A DNA stretch of 64,000 bases from Octopus sinensis (GCF_006345805.1 NC_043008.1:43834001-43898000), one strand, 5' to 3'. Positions 13,412 through 28,035 are shown, counted from the first letter of the stretch. Program-made: numbers and translations. The notes: generated by a model from the sequence alone, not told the origin.

Positions 13412-13539
13412 GTTATTTGGTGTTTTGTTATATTTACACTTTAATTGCAAAGTCGACCCTCCTTTGCTGAAACAAGCACGCCCTATCTCTTGTAATTTGT
13501 CCCGTCTGTGTGCAGCCCTGTGTGGCTAATAAAGAAACA

Positions 13540-13649
<110 letters not shown>

Positions 13650-15281
13650 CACACACTTTAGCTATTGTGGCATGACACGATGTTATCCCTCCGATTTCTA
13701 AGTACTGGTACTTGGGTATAAACAACTGTCTTCCGTTTTCCAAATGCAATGTTTTGGGACTATTTTAAAACGAAAAATTATCAGCCACCGTAGACTTGAA
13801 AACAATGGCTGTCTTGTTTAAATGTGATGCTACCGCTGATGGTATTTTTAAAGCCTATGCCAGCCATGACCATCCTTATCTACGTTCAAAGTCATTCCAA
13901 CCTATAACTGTGATCTTACTGTCTCTTAGGTCTAGAGGAAGAAAGATAGGGAGAGAGAGAGAGAAGGAAGCGAGGGAGAGAGAGAAAAGGAAGAGAGAGA
14001 GAGAGAGAGAGAGTGAATAATTGGAACGACATCGTCGTATATCAGAAGGCAAATATAGAATTATGAGACAGAATTAAATATTCAAATATTTTTAATCCAG
14101 GGGTTTTGTTATATTTGTAGCTTAACAGCTTACTGTACTAACAAGGTATTAAATATTAATGGTACTTGAAGAATTAACTTAAGTATTTCTGCGAAATGTA
14201 GCTGCCTTCCGTTAAGAGCAATACGCCTCGAGCTTTCGTAACTATCGCCCACTTTGTTTTCCTCTCCCCTTTTCGAAGCTCCTTTGTTGCAACCCAGTAA
14301 CATCTAATTCATCCACCATCCCCACGACCTACCAAAAGGAAAAAAAGGAAAGAAAAGAAAAGAGAATTGTTGGTGATAGATTGATCATTATCATAAGATT
14401 ATTTTGTAACGGGAAATAAATACTTCGGACATTAATGTAACCAGATAATTCGCACACAGATTAAAAATTGAAGAAACTTTTGGAATTCAGGCGATTAAAA
14501 GATGTATCTATCTCCTAACCCTACTGCATCCTTTGTCGCCATTATCTATATAAATTTTCTCACCGTTCCATCCGAGGAGGCGCTACCGTCCGCTTTGAGG
14601 ATCACTTCCTTAGAATATCATTAAAAGTCTTTGTTTAGTACTCCTCAAAGCGAATTCTCGATTCAATAAAATTTACTTTCAGAATACAATTTGGTTTCCA
14701 TTGCTTTCTATGAATTCTCATAAAATTGTGATTTTCTCTTTCAATACAACAAACGTAGTCACTGAATGTATTTCAATTACGTTCAAAACATCTTTAAAAA
14801 CAAAATAAATAAATGAGATCGCTTAACTCAACAATGAGAAATATATTTGAATGAATTGGTTTGTTGTAGCAGTCACACACTAGACGCGGTGATAACTATT
14901 ATTTTTTTTTTACCTTTTATTGACTATTCTGCTGTACTAATCTTCAATACGTCTTTAATAAGATCTTCACTCTCGGTTACCAATTTACCAAGAGCAAAAT
15001 TCTGAACACGTTTTCTATCCAGAAATAAATGGCACTATTTTGTTAGGTGTAAAATTAGAGTTTGATATTTATACATAAAAAAACATTAAATAGTGGATTT
15101 TAACTGAATATTTATTTTCATTTCCAATTGTTCTCTCCAACAAACTAATATCAAACGAATATCTTGAATGAATATTAAACTACCGTTCAAAAGAATATTA
15201 TTCCTTCTAACAGAATGGAAGCATAATTTGCTAAATTGGTATGCACACTAACAGCGAAAAAACCATTCTTAGTAAAATCAC

Positions 15282-15333
<52 letters not shown>

Positions 15334-15970
15334 ACACACACACACACACCACACGCACTTCCCACACGTACATATGTATTTATATTAACTCGTATATGAA
15401 TTTGAAATGATTTTAAATTTTAAATTCACGTTGAGCTCAGGCGCTTGTACGAAGTAAACACCCACTGAATTAATATTTTAGTGTGATTCTGCAGTCACAG
15501 TATTTCATTCAATAAGTTTTATACATTGTGGTAGTCACAGCGTGGTCTCGTCCAAAAACAACAACATCATTTCCTCTATACTATTTTTACCTTCCCGATG
15601 TTTGCTACAAAAGCACGTTACATGAACTTAGTTCTGACTAAATGGCGTATATCTATTTTAATATATATTTCATGATTTCCTCTTCTATGTGTCATTGTGT
15701 AGTTGAATCGCGATCTTAATTTCATAATAAATCAAAATCCATCCCGTCTAAGATCACATGAGTGAAGTCCGTCCTCTCACCTTTTGCAACGCGTTTATTT
15801 ATATAAACTCTTACATAAATGGAAATAATTTAAAATTTACTACTTATTATTTGTAGGTACGCGGCATTTCGTTTTGTAACCATACTATGCTATAAAGTAT
15901 GTTAAATGTTTTTATAAGTCAACACCACGTTCTACAGTGTTAGCAATGCACTTTACATTATTTCGTTAAG

Positions 15971-16186
15971 GATATTTTGCTACAACGTTTCGTATCGCGA
16001 CGTCAGAAGTAAACAAACATTGAGATCAAAGGTATTGAGTGTATATGCCATATTTCGGGGGGCTTTTACCCCTTCATCAGCCTGTATTTAACCCATTCTC
16101 ACATCCAAACACATTGCTTATATAACCACCGCATACAGCGGTGTGATGTTAGTGACGTATCATTACGAAACGTTGTAGCAAATATC
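15971..16186. mobile_element. short element with terminal inverted repeats enclosing a hammerhead-like motif
   Basis: gatattttgctacaacgtttcgta (15971-15994) versus tacgaaacgttgtagcaaatatc (16164-16186). Confidence 0.65.
16040..16085 (-). ncRNA. minimal hammerhead ribozyme-like motif (H4)
   Basis: Minus strand: CTGATGA-a-gggg-taaaag-cccccc-GAAA-tatg-g-cata-TA. Intact core and near-palindromic stem III; stem I is poor. Confidence 0.6.
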
Positions 16187-16751
16187 AGAGGTGGTTACAA
16201 TTTCTACACAATATCTGTATAAACAACCTTAAGAAAATAATTAATAGACTACCATCGACTAAGTTTCTTTTTAGTACATTTCTGATGCATTTACTCACAA
16301 AAGATCGTTCTTCTAGTGTGAGTATGCATTCAATGCGATTCAATGTATCTTAACTATTGTATTACCCGTTGTTCTACGCCCAGAAAAATTCATATTTTTT
16401 TCATCGAAATATGGATTATATTAAAAGAATTAAGTAACAGAATGTAAAACCATCTTAAGACAAAGGAAACATTTAATCGATCAAAATTATCATTTGTTTC
16501 GAATTGGTTTTATTTCTATGTCCAATATTCTTTGCAGCAAACCACAGTCAAACAATGCTTGCGTATATATTATTTTTAGCGACTTCAACGTTTCTGTAAT
16601 TAAGATGCCTATGAGATGCTCTTGGTATATTAAATGTCTTTGATCAGCAAAAGTCTTTTATGGCGGATGGATTACAAGCAGGACCCAGAGCAACATACAA
16701 CGGACCATGTTTGAACATGATAGTTGGGTGAAGGATCGAGGTTAGAACAGT

Positions 16752-16800
<49 letters not shown>

Positions 16801-16972
16801 ATATATATATATTTATATAGTCATAAAATACAGTGTACATTTAAACACATGAGGAATCCACTCATGGGATTCAACACGCTTGAAAGAATAGCTAGGTTCT
16901 ATAACAACAAAATTAGGGATAAAATTCGACAGGGACGAAATGAAAAAACAAAAAAATTTTACCATCTAATTT

Positions 16973-17015
16973 CCTGGACCAATTGGTTTCTGATTTTAGT
17001 TTAGTCTTCGGATTA
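16973..17015 (-). ncRNA. hammerhead-like motif (H5), decayed
   Basis: Minus strand: CCGAAGA-ctaaactaaaatca-GAAA-ccaattgg-TC. Perfect palindromic stem III with a GUC triplet; stems I and II weak. Confidence 0.4.
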
Positions 17016-17078
17016 AATTTTTCCACACTAGGCCACTATTAATTTCCAATATTAATTTCCATCTCTTTTTGATATTAT

Positions 17079-17113
<35 letters not shown>

Positions 17114-19149
17114 CGAAAGAGAGAGTTATATATATATATATATATATATAAAGATATAGATAGAGAGAGAGAGAGATATATATATATGAAAGAGAGAGTT
17201 AATATATATATATATAATAGATATATAGATAGATAGTGAGTGTGTGTGAGTGTGGGTGTGATGAGAGAGAGAGAAAGAAAGATAGATAGATAGATAGTGT
17301 GTGTGGTGTGTTTGTTGTGAAGGAAGTACCTTATTAACACTTAACACAAAATAACGTAGAAAATAGATACATAATTTTCTTTTCCTTTATGATAATAAAT
17401 TTACCTAATTTGAAAGAAGTGATCACCTAATGTCATTCGAAATCATATTGAGAAATAAGTTCGTGTGTCTGTATGTGTGTGTGTGTTTTACAGAGAAATA
17501 TATTTGACAGAAATTATCATGATTTCCTTACGACCACACGGTCTTCCCGTGAAAATGTAGGATAACCGAGAGCCTTTATGATTAACGATAAACATACGGG
17601 ACTTTACATAATGTATGATTCTTTTATATATGTATAGTCTATTAGATATTTTGTGCAATGTTTAATATGTATTTCAAGATTATCTGACCACAGCTTCGAG
17701 TATTGGCCTCCCAAAGCAAGGGGACAGAACAAATACGATTCCACAAATCGATATTCGTTTTATCGATTCTAAAGGGAATGAAAGCTGACCTCGATGCGGT
17801 TTGATCTCAGAGCACAGATGCGCTCCATTTCTGCTGCTGCTGCTGCTGCTGGTGCTGGAAATAAGCTTTGATATTCGTAGATTCTCTAATTCCCTTTTAT
17901 CAAGTTCCTATAAAATATGTACCCTTGTGTTAAACCAAGATTATGAAATCTGCGCCATAGAACACGAGGCGACCTCCCAGGAAACAATTCCACTTCTAAA
18001 GTCAAACCAATTTATTACACATCATAAAACCTCAAATCCCGGTTCTCTTAAACACTCAATCCTTTGTGAACAATCCAAAGAAATCATTTATTTCGAACGT
18101 TGCCGAGTGCATAGAGACCACTGTCAGGATTTTAAGTGAATTGAAACAACCGTCATGTCTTGATGGGATATGAGTTCAAATCACACTGAAACCAGCTTTG
18201 CCTGTCATCTTTTCTATGAAACAATTAAGAACCAATACTTAACCCAGAGACCATACTGCGTTGCAAGAGTTTCTTGAGAGACCTGCCGGAGATGCTGGGC
18301 GCCAGGACCCATAAAAATCCCTTTGGCATTGTTGAATCTTCAAAGTGCTCGAATGAGCCACCCCACACTCCAAGAGTCGGCTCTGGCAGATAATAGTAAC
18401 ATTTTCTTGATACATCTCAAAATAGCTTTCGCGACATATTTATTTCCACACTTCTGTTAAGCGTTAGTGTCTTTAACTGTCTAATTCCTCTTAGTTTGCT
18501 CTAGAAGGAAGATGCAACACATCAAAATTAAATTGTCCATTTACACATAAAAGAAAAATCCCTAGATATTGTGTCCAAGAGACGAACATAATTGGCAATG
18601 TTCCTAAATAGTCATTCCTATGATATTATCGCACAATACCAGCCATCAACGTATCAGTCTGAGACGATTTTCAAAATTCAACACGAAGCTTCTATCTTTA
18701 TAAAAGAGCGTATTGTGAATAACGTGGAGGAACTTTATTTGAAAAAAGATTCTTTATAAGACTAGAATTACCAGGTATGTATCTAATAACGACAGTATAC
18801 AACATCTAAAAAGATTGTTGAGAGAAAAGTTTCAAATCTATTTTGAGAGGTTGGATAGATAATACCATTTACTACGAAAAGTGGTTTTCATATTTAAGTC
18901 TTTGATAATATTTTATGGTTTAAATAACAAATATTATAAGATATTTCTGAATAAGAAATAACATTTCCACTCGACTACATTATTTACGGCGGCCTTGAAG
19001 AATTCTTTCTGATACAACCGATAACAATACATTTATTCTCGATATAAAACTCTCTGAAAATACATCCAGCTTACCTCAGCGATTTAAAAAGGACCAATTA
19101 TAAATCAAAAACACATTAGGTTTTATATCTAAATTATTACAGTATGTGA

Positions 19150-19330
19150 AAAATATTATTTTGTTTACTCTGGATGGTTTTATATAAAACCTACGATATT
19201 TCCTTGTTAGAAACTCATTAGTTTTCCCCATCTCTGTTCCATCGAGGTTTCTAGAAAACTTTATCAAATTTCCATTCGAAGAATCAAAATATGACTTCTG
19301 TTATTAATAATTCCCTCACTAATTTCATTA
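19150..19330 (-). mobile_element. possible highly decayed Penelope-like RT fragment
   Basis: Frameshifted KFDKVF*K/LDGTEMGKT resembles the PLE 'F.FD..FY.Q..GTAMG' motif; weak. Confidence 0.3.
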
Positions 19331-19604
19331 ATTTAAAAAAAATAGTTATCGAAATCATTTTTTAAACAGTCATGAAAAAAAGTAGAAACGTAAAAATTTA
19401 ATTAGGGAATCGACTAATTTGCTCTATTGCTTTTAATGACTTCGAGAAAGTAGGAACAACAGCGTTTATTTATCTTGTCTTTTAAATCAGGGAGAAGGCA
19501 ATGATCACGCCCCTTCACGGAGCGTCTGCAACTAGTGGGACGGCTCTAGAAACATACCTTAAAACCCAGAAAGGTACTCGAAAACATTGCACAAATTCTT
19601 TTTT

Positions 19605-20168
19605 TTCTACTCTTGATACAAGGCCCGAAACTTTTGGGGTGGGGGCCAGTCAATTAGATCGACCCTAGTACGCAACTGCTACTTAATTTATCGACCCCGA
19701 AAGGATGAAAGGCAAAGTCGTCTTCGGCCGAATTTGAACTCAGAACGTAAAGGCAGTCGAAATACGTATGTCTTTACTACCCACAGAGGGGACAAACAAG
19801 GTCGGACGAACGGATTAAGTCGATTACATCGACCCCAGTGCACAACTGGTACTTATTTAATCGACCCGAAAAGTATGAAAGGCAAAGTCGACCTCGGTGG
19901 AATTTGAACTAGAACGTAACGGCAGACAAAATACCTATTTCTTTACTACCCACAAGGGGATAAACACAGAGGCAACAAACAAGGACAGACAGACGGATTA
20001 AGTCGATTATATTGACCCCAGTGCATAACTGCTACTTATTTAAGTTTCATCCGAAAGGATGAAAAGCAAAGTTGACCTAGGTGGAATTTGAACTCAGAAC
20101 TTAGCGGCAGACGAAATACCGCTAAGCATTCCGCCCGGCGTGCTAACGTTTCTGCCAGCTCACTGCCC
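19605..20168 (-). mobile_element. SINE family B trimer (B-B-C; last unit has an alternative tail)
   Basis: Three tandem copies of ccgaaaggatgaaaggcaaagtcgacctcggcggaatttgaactcagaacg, with junctions at ~19935 and ~19765. Confidence 0.9.
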
Positions 20169-21073
20169 AAGTTAAACATAATGGTCTTAAAAAGGGTGAC
20201 GAATAATGTATACCGAGACGATAATATGTACTGTAGGATTTCAACTCAAATGCACAACTATGACAAAGCACTGTATTATATAATTTACTGTAACATAGTT
20301 TGCTGTAATAACCTCTTGAAACCGTTTGAAACATTTGGATCTAAGAGCGGAAGATAACTTCAAACTGGCAGCATGGAAGACAACTAAAGAAAGGAAGGAG
20401 GGAAAAAGAAAAAAAGAAAGAAAGAAAGAAGGGGAAGTGGAAAAATAGAAGAAACAGCAAAGAAGAAGATGAAGAAGAGAAAAAAAAGGAAGAAAAGAAA
20501 AAAAAGGAAGAAAAGAAAAAATATAAATAATAGTAAAAAAGGGAAAGGATAGAAGAAAAGGAAGAGAAGAAGACGAGAATAAGACGGATACGACTCTTAG
20601 ACTGGCTGGTCCTTATGCTATCAGACCCCAACAGGCACAAAATAGAAACTACACCTCAGATGTTTTTGAACACAAAATATACAGAATGGATCCATAAAAC
20701 TTCTCATCCCTCACTCTCCCTATTTTGTCAACCGAACGCTTTTCATTTACAAAAATAATTTCATTATTAACCTCTCCATAGAAAGCAAAGTTAAGCTTAA
20801 GGTGACTAGAATCTACGATAGATCGAATAAAGCGGCTATCAGTTACCAATTTGCTGTAAGAAATACGAGAAGAAAGAAATTACTTTTTATCTTCATTGAC
20901 AAAAGTTTGCATCGGGAAGAAAAAAATGGTTGCATCTTGTATTTATTCTATTCTCTTGTTTGTTGTGTTTGTAACAACGGTGTTTATGGCGGCGAACAAC
21001 ATCATTATCGACAACAGGTACTAACAAACAAGCATAAATACATACACACATACATACATACATATATAACATG

Positions 21074-21148
<75 letters not shown>

Positions 21149-21493
21149 GTATATATATACATATATATATATACACACTCATATATATATGTTATATATA
21201 TATATATACATACATACATATATATATGTATATATATATATATTGTATATATATATTGTATATATATATATTATATATATATGTATGTATATAGATATCT
21301 GTGTGTATGTATGTGTGTGTGTGTGTTTCTGTCTCTGCTGAATATCGCTCGTGGTCTGACACGTTAACCCTAAGGTCCTACGAAACTCTGTTTGGATCTT
21401 CATAAATGAACAATTGTATTGTATTGGTTTTTTTTTTCGTTCTGTTTGCAGTTTCCTTATTGGGTTACTGTTATTTACAATTCTATACTCCTT

Positions 21494-21531
<38 letters not shown>

Positions 21532-21605
21532 TATATATATATATATATATTATATATATATATATATATGCATGTGTATTTGTATACATGTATGCGTTTA
21601 TGTTG

Positions 21606-21637
<32 letters not shown>

Positions 21638-22252
21638 ACTTATCCAAAACAAGACAAAAGGAACCAATAAAACGGTATAAAAACAATACAACCCTCTGCT
21701 TACATCGTCTTTCTCTAAACAAAACAAAAACTAAAACGGAAAAACAAAATACAAAAAATACATATACATCAACAAAACCAGATACACGGCTTGCATTGAT
21801 TTGTCTGTTTCCACAGACCAAACAAATAACATTCGATTTTTCCGATTTTTCTAGTATTCAAATAATTTTGGGCAAATCCAAAGTTTACAATATTCAGCAG
21901 TGCTTTATTGAATTGCATTATATTTTTGTTTTGGTTATTTACATTTTAAAAAATGTTCTCCGTTGTTTTCCTTCAGTGCTTGTAATGTAATACTTTTGGG
22001 GATGGTTCCTCATTCCAATACAATGGTGAATTCTAATGGGTTTCAATGCTTTTCTCTCATTTCGTGTATATCGATTAGTTTTGATTTCAAGTCCCAGAGA
22101 CGCTTGCAATATTAATCGAATCAAGTCAGAACAGAAGTGGATTGCAAGAACTGGTTGAGCATCGGACTAAAATGCTGCGCAGTATTTAATTAGAAATCAT
22201 TTATGTTCCGAGTTCAAACCCGGCTAATGTCGATTTAAAAAATTTTAATCAC

Positions 22253-22670
22253 GCGCAGGAGTGGTTGTGTGGTAAGTAGCTTGTCCACCACCCACATGTT
22301 CCGGGTTCAGTCACACTGCGTGGCACCTTGGGCGAGTGTCTTCTGCTATAGCCTCGGGCCGACCAAAGCCTTGTGAGTGGATTTGGTAGACGGAAACTGA
22401 AAGAAGCCTGTCGTATATATGTATATATATGTATATGTATGTGTGTGTGTTTGTGTGTCTGTGTTTGTCCCTCTAGCATTGCTTGACAACCGATGCTGGT
22501 GTGTTTATGTCCCCGTTACTTAGCGGTTCGGCAAAAGAGACCGATAGAATAAGTACTGGGCTTACAAAAAGAATAAGTCCCGGGGTCGAGTTGCTCGATT
22601 AAAGGCGGTGTTCCAGCATGGCCGCAGTCAAATGACTGAAACAAGTAAAAGAGTAAAAGAGAGTAAAGAG
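22253..22670 (+). mobile_element. SINE family A, full length
   Basis: Same head, core and (GTAAAAGA)n tail as 10138-10538. Confidence 0.93.
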
Positions 22671-23134
22671 AATGTATATATTTGTGTGCCTGTGTTATAT
22701 TTTTCTGTATATGTTGCAAATATAGACCGAAAGAATGTCGCCATCTTTGCTCGATTAAACTAATAATATTCATATCAAAATATTCGTATCTAAGCCACAA
22801 CCAGATACGTGCCTTCATAAGTTAAAAAATACTCATAATCCTGATATTCGTGTGAGATAATCGTATTCTCTTGCAACTCCCGTGGCTTTCAGAAGTCCCT
22901 TAGGAATGGACGGTTAGTATTCTACAATATCGAACTTGGCGACTCTTGATTTATCTTCAATATTATTAAGCTGCTGTGATAATGATCTGCTTTTTAATTG
23001 TTTTGGGTTAATTTTTACGCTTAGGGAATTTTAAAAATGTGCTTTCAGATTATCCATAATTTTACTTTTTCGGTTAATGTTTCTGCGTCTCGGATGGCTG
23101 TGAATTTATCATTGTGGTTCTCTAATGTTATGTA

Positions 23135-23370
23135 AAGTGGTTAGGGTGTCAGCATTATGATCGTAAGATTGTGGTTTCGATTCCTGGACCGGGCGACGCG
23201 TTGTGTTCTTGAGCAAAACACTCATTTCACGTTGCTCCAGTCTACTCAGCTGGCAAAAATGAGTAACGCTGCGATGGCCTGGCGTCCCATCCAGATGGGG
23301 AACACATACGCCATAGAAACAGGGAAACCGGGCCCATGAACCTGGCTAGACCTTAAAATGGCGCATTTAA
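23135..23370 (+). mobile_element. tRNA-headed SINE family D (tail type 1)
   Basis: gtggttagggtgtc...ggtttcgattcctggaccggg (B box), ttgtgttcttgagcaaaacact core, tail tggcgtcccatccag...gccatagaaac. Confidence 0.8.
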
Positions 23371-24373
23371 AAAAATTTAATTTATGTATGCGCTGTCTCT
23401 ACTGAAGCGTTCTACACGATCTGCTGAGTTTAAACAAGGTAGGAGGCTTTATTCCCGCATAATTGTTTATATTCTATGTACCTGGGGTTGTATTCTTTCG
23501 CTAAATTATAGAATAGTAATTTTTGAGTAAGTATTCTGATCTAATTCGTATAATTTAATTTTTACTTATAAATATTGTTGAAGAATGAAAAGTATCCGTG
23601 AAATAGATTTGGAAGATTTTCCGTCTTAAGTTTCACTATTTATATCAGTGGAATTTTGAATCTTAAAATCTTTATTTTCTGATAGGTTTCTGTTGATTTT
23701 GTCCTATTTTTCTTTGCCACTTCAATATTGATGCTTTTATTGAAGAAGGTCGGCAAAAACAAACAAACAAGCAAACAAAATATAAATAAAAAAACAAAAA
23801 GTAACAAAAACATCTCTTCGAAGCAAGGAAGATGTCTCTACTTTGTTGATCGACATGCTAAAAGTAACACTCAAATTTTCCTCAAATTACACCCATTCGT
23901 GTCAACAAAGTAAGAGACGAATATATATGTTGTCAATGATATAAAGATAAAGGTATATCTGAAAATAAAACAAAACGAAACGGGGCAAAATGGCACTGTC
24001 ACGGAAGGAACGTATTTTGGTCATAGGCTAATAAGATTTGCTTGAATACGAAGGACCTACGTATGGTTGAGGCCAAACTGACAGCAACATCAACAACAAC
24101 AACAGTAACAACATTAAGACCAACACCAATGTTAACGTATTAGTAGTCTAACGGACTGAATGCTGTCTATGGTAGAAACACTTGTTAATTAATATATGAC
24201 TGTTTGTATTAATTTATATCAATTTACTTGACGCATAAATTTCAGGTAATTAAAATAGAACAGCCTTTGAATTACATCTAAGATGTCTGCTAATGATAGC
24301 AAAACTTTCCTGTCTCTCTCCCACCTCTATAATCTCCCTTCCTCTCTCCCTCCCTCCTTCTCGGGGGGTGTGA

Positions 24374-24425
<52 letters not shown>

Positions 24426-25035
24426 TATATATGTATAATATATGTATGTATTTCCCTCAATTCTGCTTGTTTGTGTTTCTGTCCGCCTGTCTGCTTCTAT
24501 ATCTGCGTCTATCTATCTAATTATCTATCTCGCTAGATCTCACTTTGAATGCACACACACGCACGCACGCACATACATACACATACACACACACATAAAC
24601 ACACACACACACATACAAATACGCACACACTCTATGTATGTATATATTTATGGATGTATCTCTCTCTCTATCTCTCTCTGTATATATATATATATATATA
24701 TAATATGAATAAATGAAAGAGTGGAGTCGAACGAAGACGTTAACAAAATTCCTTAGGTTTCGGTTAAACGAATTTTCCATGCTGACGATAAACATAGGAT
24801 AATTCATTCACCTACTTATATATATATATATACACATATACGTTTCTCTCTCTGTATATAAATATGAATACAAATATATATTTATATATATGTATATATA
24901 AATATAGGTAAATAAATATATACATATATTTGTGCCTGTATGTGTATATATGTCCCTATAACCCTCCACATCTCTCTGTCTGTATTACTTATCTGCCCTT
25001 CTCTCTTTCTCTATCAATATGTATTTGTGCATTCA

Positions 25036-25080
<45 letters not shown>

Positions 25081-25642
25081 TGTGTGTGTGTGTGTTTAAT
25101 TTCATTCTATTTGCTTCATTTCCCTTCTGACCCGCGCCATTCTTTCCCTGTTGTTCATTCCACGTCTCTTTGTCTCTCTCTCCATCTCTCTTTGTCTAAT
25201 GCTCAAGAAACATCCACGCACAAATATCCATTCCCTCGCATTCCAAGCAATGGTAATATTTATTTTGAGAATTCCAAACATTGGATTCACTTTACAATCA
25301 ATAATTAATCTATACCACTGACACAGTCAATATCCTTACATCTAATTAACAGTGTCTTACGTAGACACAAGGCCTCAAATTTGCCAAAGTGATATATAAT
25401 CGATCATATTGACCCCTGTACTATGCTGTTTCTTCATTTTATGGACTCTGGGAAACAGAAAGACAAGGTAATATGCGAAGTGTGAAAGGAAAGAACCAGA
25501 ACAAATATCACAAGGGATTTTAAAGGACGTTGTAGCATCCAACTCCCTTCATAATGTTTTTCTGAAAGCACAAGGCTACAAATCCGGGGACTAAAGGAAC
25601 AGGGGATTAAGATGACCCCCCTTCCCACCCACTATACTTGAT

Positions 25643-25873
25643 TACTATTTTACTCTTCTTCTTGTTTCAGTCATTTGACTGCGGCCATGCTGGAGCAGCG
25701 CCTTTAGTCGAGCAAATTGACCCCAGTACTTATTCTTTGTAAGCCTAGTATGTAGTCTATCGGACTCTTTTGCTGAACCGCTAGGTTACGGGGACGTAAA
25801 CACACCAGCATCGGTTGTCAAGCGATGTTGGGGGACAAACACAGACACACAAACATTTACACACACACATACA

Positions 25874-25905
<32 letters not shown>

Positions 25906-26072
25906 GCATATTTACGACGGGCTTCTTACAGTTTCCATCTACCAAATCCACTCACAAGGCATTGGTCGGTCTGAGGCTATAGTAGAAGACACTTGCCCAA
26001 GGTGGCACGCAGTGGGACGAAACCCGAAACTATGTAGTTGGGAAGGAAGCTACTTACCACACAGCCACTCCT
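25643..26072 (-). mobile_element. SINE family A, full length
   Basis: Reverse complement of the family A consensus. Confidence 0.92.
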
Positions 26073-26632
26073 AATTTTTTTTATTGATCCCAGTCATATT
26101 TGAATATTATGGGATATCAACAAAAGGGGTTTTTCCGACTGTTAAAACCTTGAAACACTGCGCATTCGATCCGGGTGAGTCCTGTGACCTGCTTTCGTCT
26201 GGTATACGGGTTTTCGACTGACTGTACACGAAAGAGGTTTTCGTATTCTGAAAGGAATTTTGCTGCTCTACATTTTATGTGTCACTAGTACTTTGGAGAT
26301 GATCGTGCGGTAGAATCAGCCCTCACTCTTGGGTGCGTTTTCTGGGATACACGTATAAAGATTTCACCAATTATTTTAGGTTCCCAACCAGGCATGGGTG
26401 CAATCTGTGGTTTCTTTAACTATGGATGCAAAGGATGTGGCTTTGGAGTGAGAAAGAAAGCGAGAGAGATAGAGAGCGAAAAAGTGACAGAGTGAGAGAA
26501 AGAGAAAGTGTGAGTGAGCGAAAGAGTTAGAGAGAGAAGTGAGAGAGTGAGAGCTACAGTTTATGTGTGTGAGTGAGTGGGGGAGTGAGAAAGAGAAAGA
26601 ATGAGTGAATGAATATATTATATATATATATA

Positions 26633-27022
26633 GCAGGAGTGGCAAGTAGCTTGCTTACCAACCACATGGTCTCGGGTTCAGTCCAACTGCGTGGCACCTT
26701 GGGCAAGTGTCTTCTACTATAGCCTCGGGCCGACCAAAGCCTTGTGAGTGGATTTGGTAGATGGAAACTGAAAGAAGCCCGTCGTATATATGTATATATA
26801 TATATGTGTGTGTGTATGTTTGTGTCTGTGTTTGTCCCCCTAGCATTATTTGACAACCGATGCCGGTGTGTTTATGTTCCCGTTACTTAGCGGTTCGGCA
26901 AAAGAGACCAATAGAATAAGTACTGGGCTTACAAAAGAATAAGTCCCGGGGTCGAGTTGCTCGATTAAAGGCGGAGCTCCAGCATGGCCGCAGTCAAAAT
27001 GACTGAAACAAGGAAAAAAAAA
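26633..27022 (+). mobile_element. SINE family A, full length (small deletion in A box)
   Basis: Matches 22253-22670. Confidence 0.92.
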
Positions 27023-27718
27023 GAAATATATTATATCATATATATTTATATATATGTGCATAGATATGTATGTGTGTCGTAAGCGTGTTTATGGGGCAGT
27101 GTACAGAGTATGCGTATTATACGCCCACGCACGATTATCAATGCAATCAATAGGCACAAACTCTATTGAGGTTTCTTTCACAATCTAAAAGAGCAAGTAA
27201 GGGGAATAACACTAATAAAATCATTTGCGTACATTTTTTCGAAACATCCGAAATGCAGCAGTATCCGAGTGGAGAAATCCCTGAAGCTAACCGTGAAATT
27301 AATGGACATCTTTATGTTTTATTACAACTCCACATATTATGGACTTTATTCGAGTTATCCCCCTTGCTTCATGCTATTGGCTATCAAGGCATTCTAGAGG
27401 GAGATTTCCAACTAATTCTATGGATAATAGAAGATTTTCTATTCACTTTATTGCATTTAGTCTATGCAGAATGCATTACTGATGCGGTTTCATTTATCTA
27501 GCTATTAATATAATTGGTAGATCGTCTCCTCTGTTTGCCCATTCCCTTGACATGCGCATTAAAGGCAATTATCTGCCATGGAGTGATACTTTTACAACGT
27601 CAACATTTCGTTAAAACATTGACAAATCGTTTGGCTGAATGCGCGTTATAGGATTTAATGTACATTATAAGTTTAACTGTTCCTGAATAAATGGTTTATA
27701 GTTTGATATGCAGGCGAA

Positions 27719-27880
27719 GAAGGCGTGGCTGTGTGGTAAGAAGTTTGATCCCAAACACCCAGTTCAGTGTTCAATATCACTGCATGTCTCCTTGAGCAAG
27801 TGGTTTAAACTTTAGTTTCGGAAAGATCAAAGCCTTGTGAGTAGATTTGGTAGCGGAAACTGAAAGAAGACTGTCATATG
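27719..27880 (+). mobile_element. SINE family A 5' half, diverged
   Basis: ggcgtggctgtgtggtaagaagtttg...aaagccttgtgagtagatttggtag. Confidence 0.75.
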
Positions 27881-27904
27881 TAAGTACGTATGTATGTATG
27901 TGAT

Positions 27905-28015
27905 TCTTCAGTTTTATTTCAAGATTTCTTACCAATAGAGAAAGAGACGGTTTCTAATCTAGATCCAAAGCTCATTCATTGGAATTTCAGCATTAACGGT
28001 ATTTTTGTATGTATC
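27905..28015 (-). mobile_element. isolated 3' UTR tip of the RLE LINE at 28505-29110
   Basis: Near-identical to 28510-28620 (agttttatttcaagatttcttaccaa...tagatccaa...tggaatttca). Confidence 0.75.
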
Positions 28016-28035
28016 TATGTATATATATATATATA

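Noticed and set aside
19605-20168. CRISPR-like or satellite periodicity
   Set aside because: Units are ~170-230-bp SINE copies without unique spacers; eukaryotic context, no cas genes.
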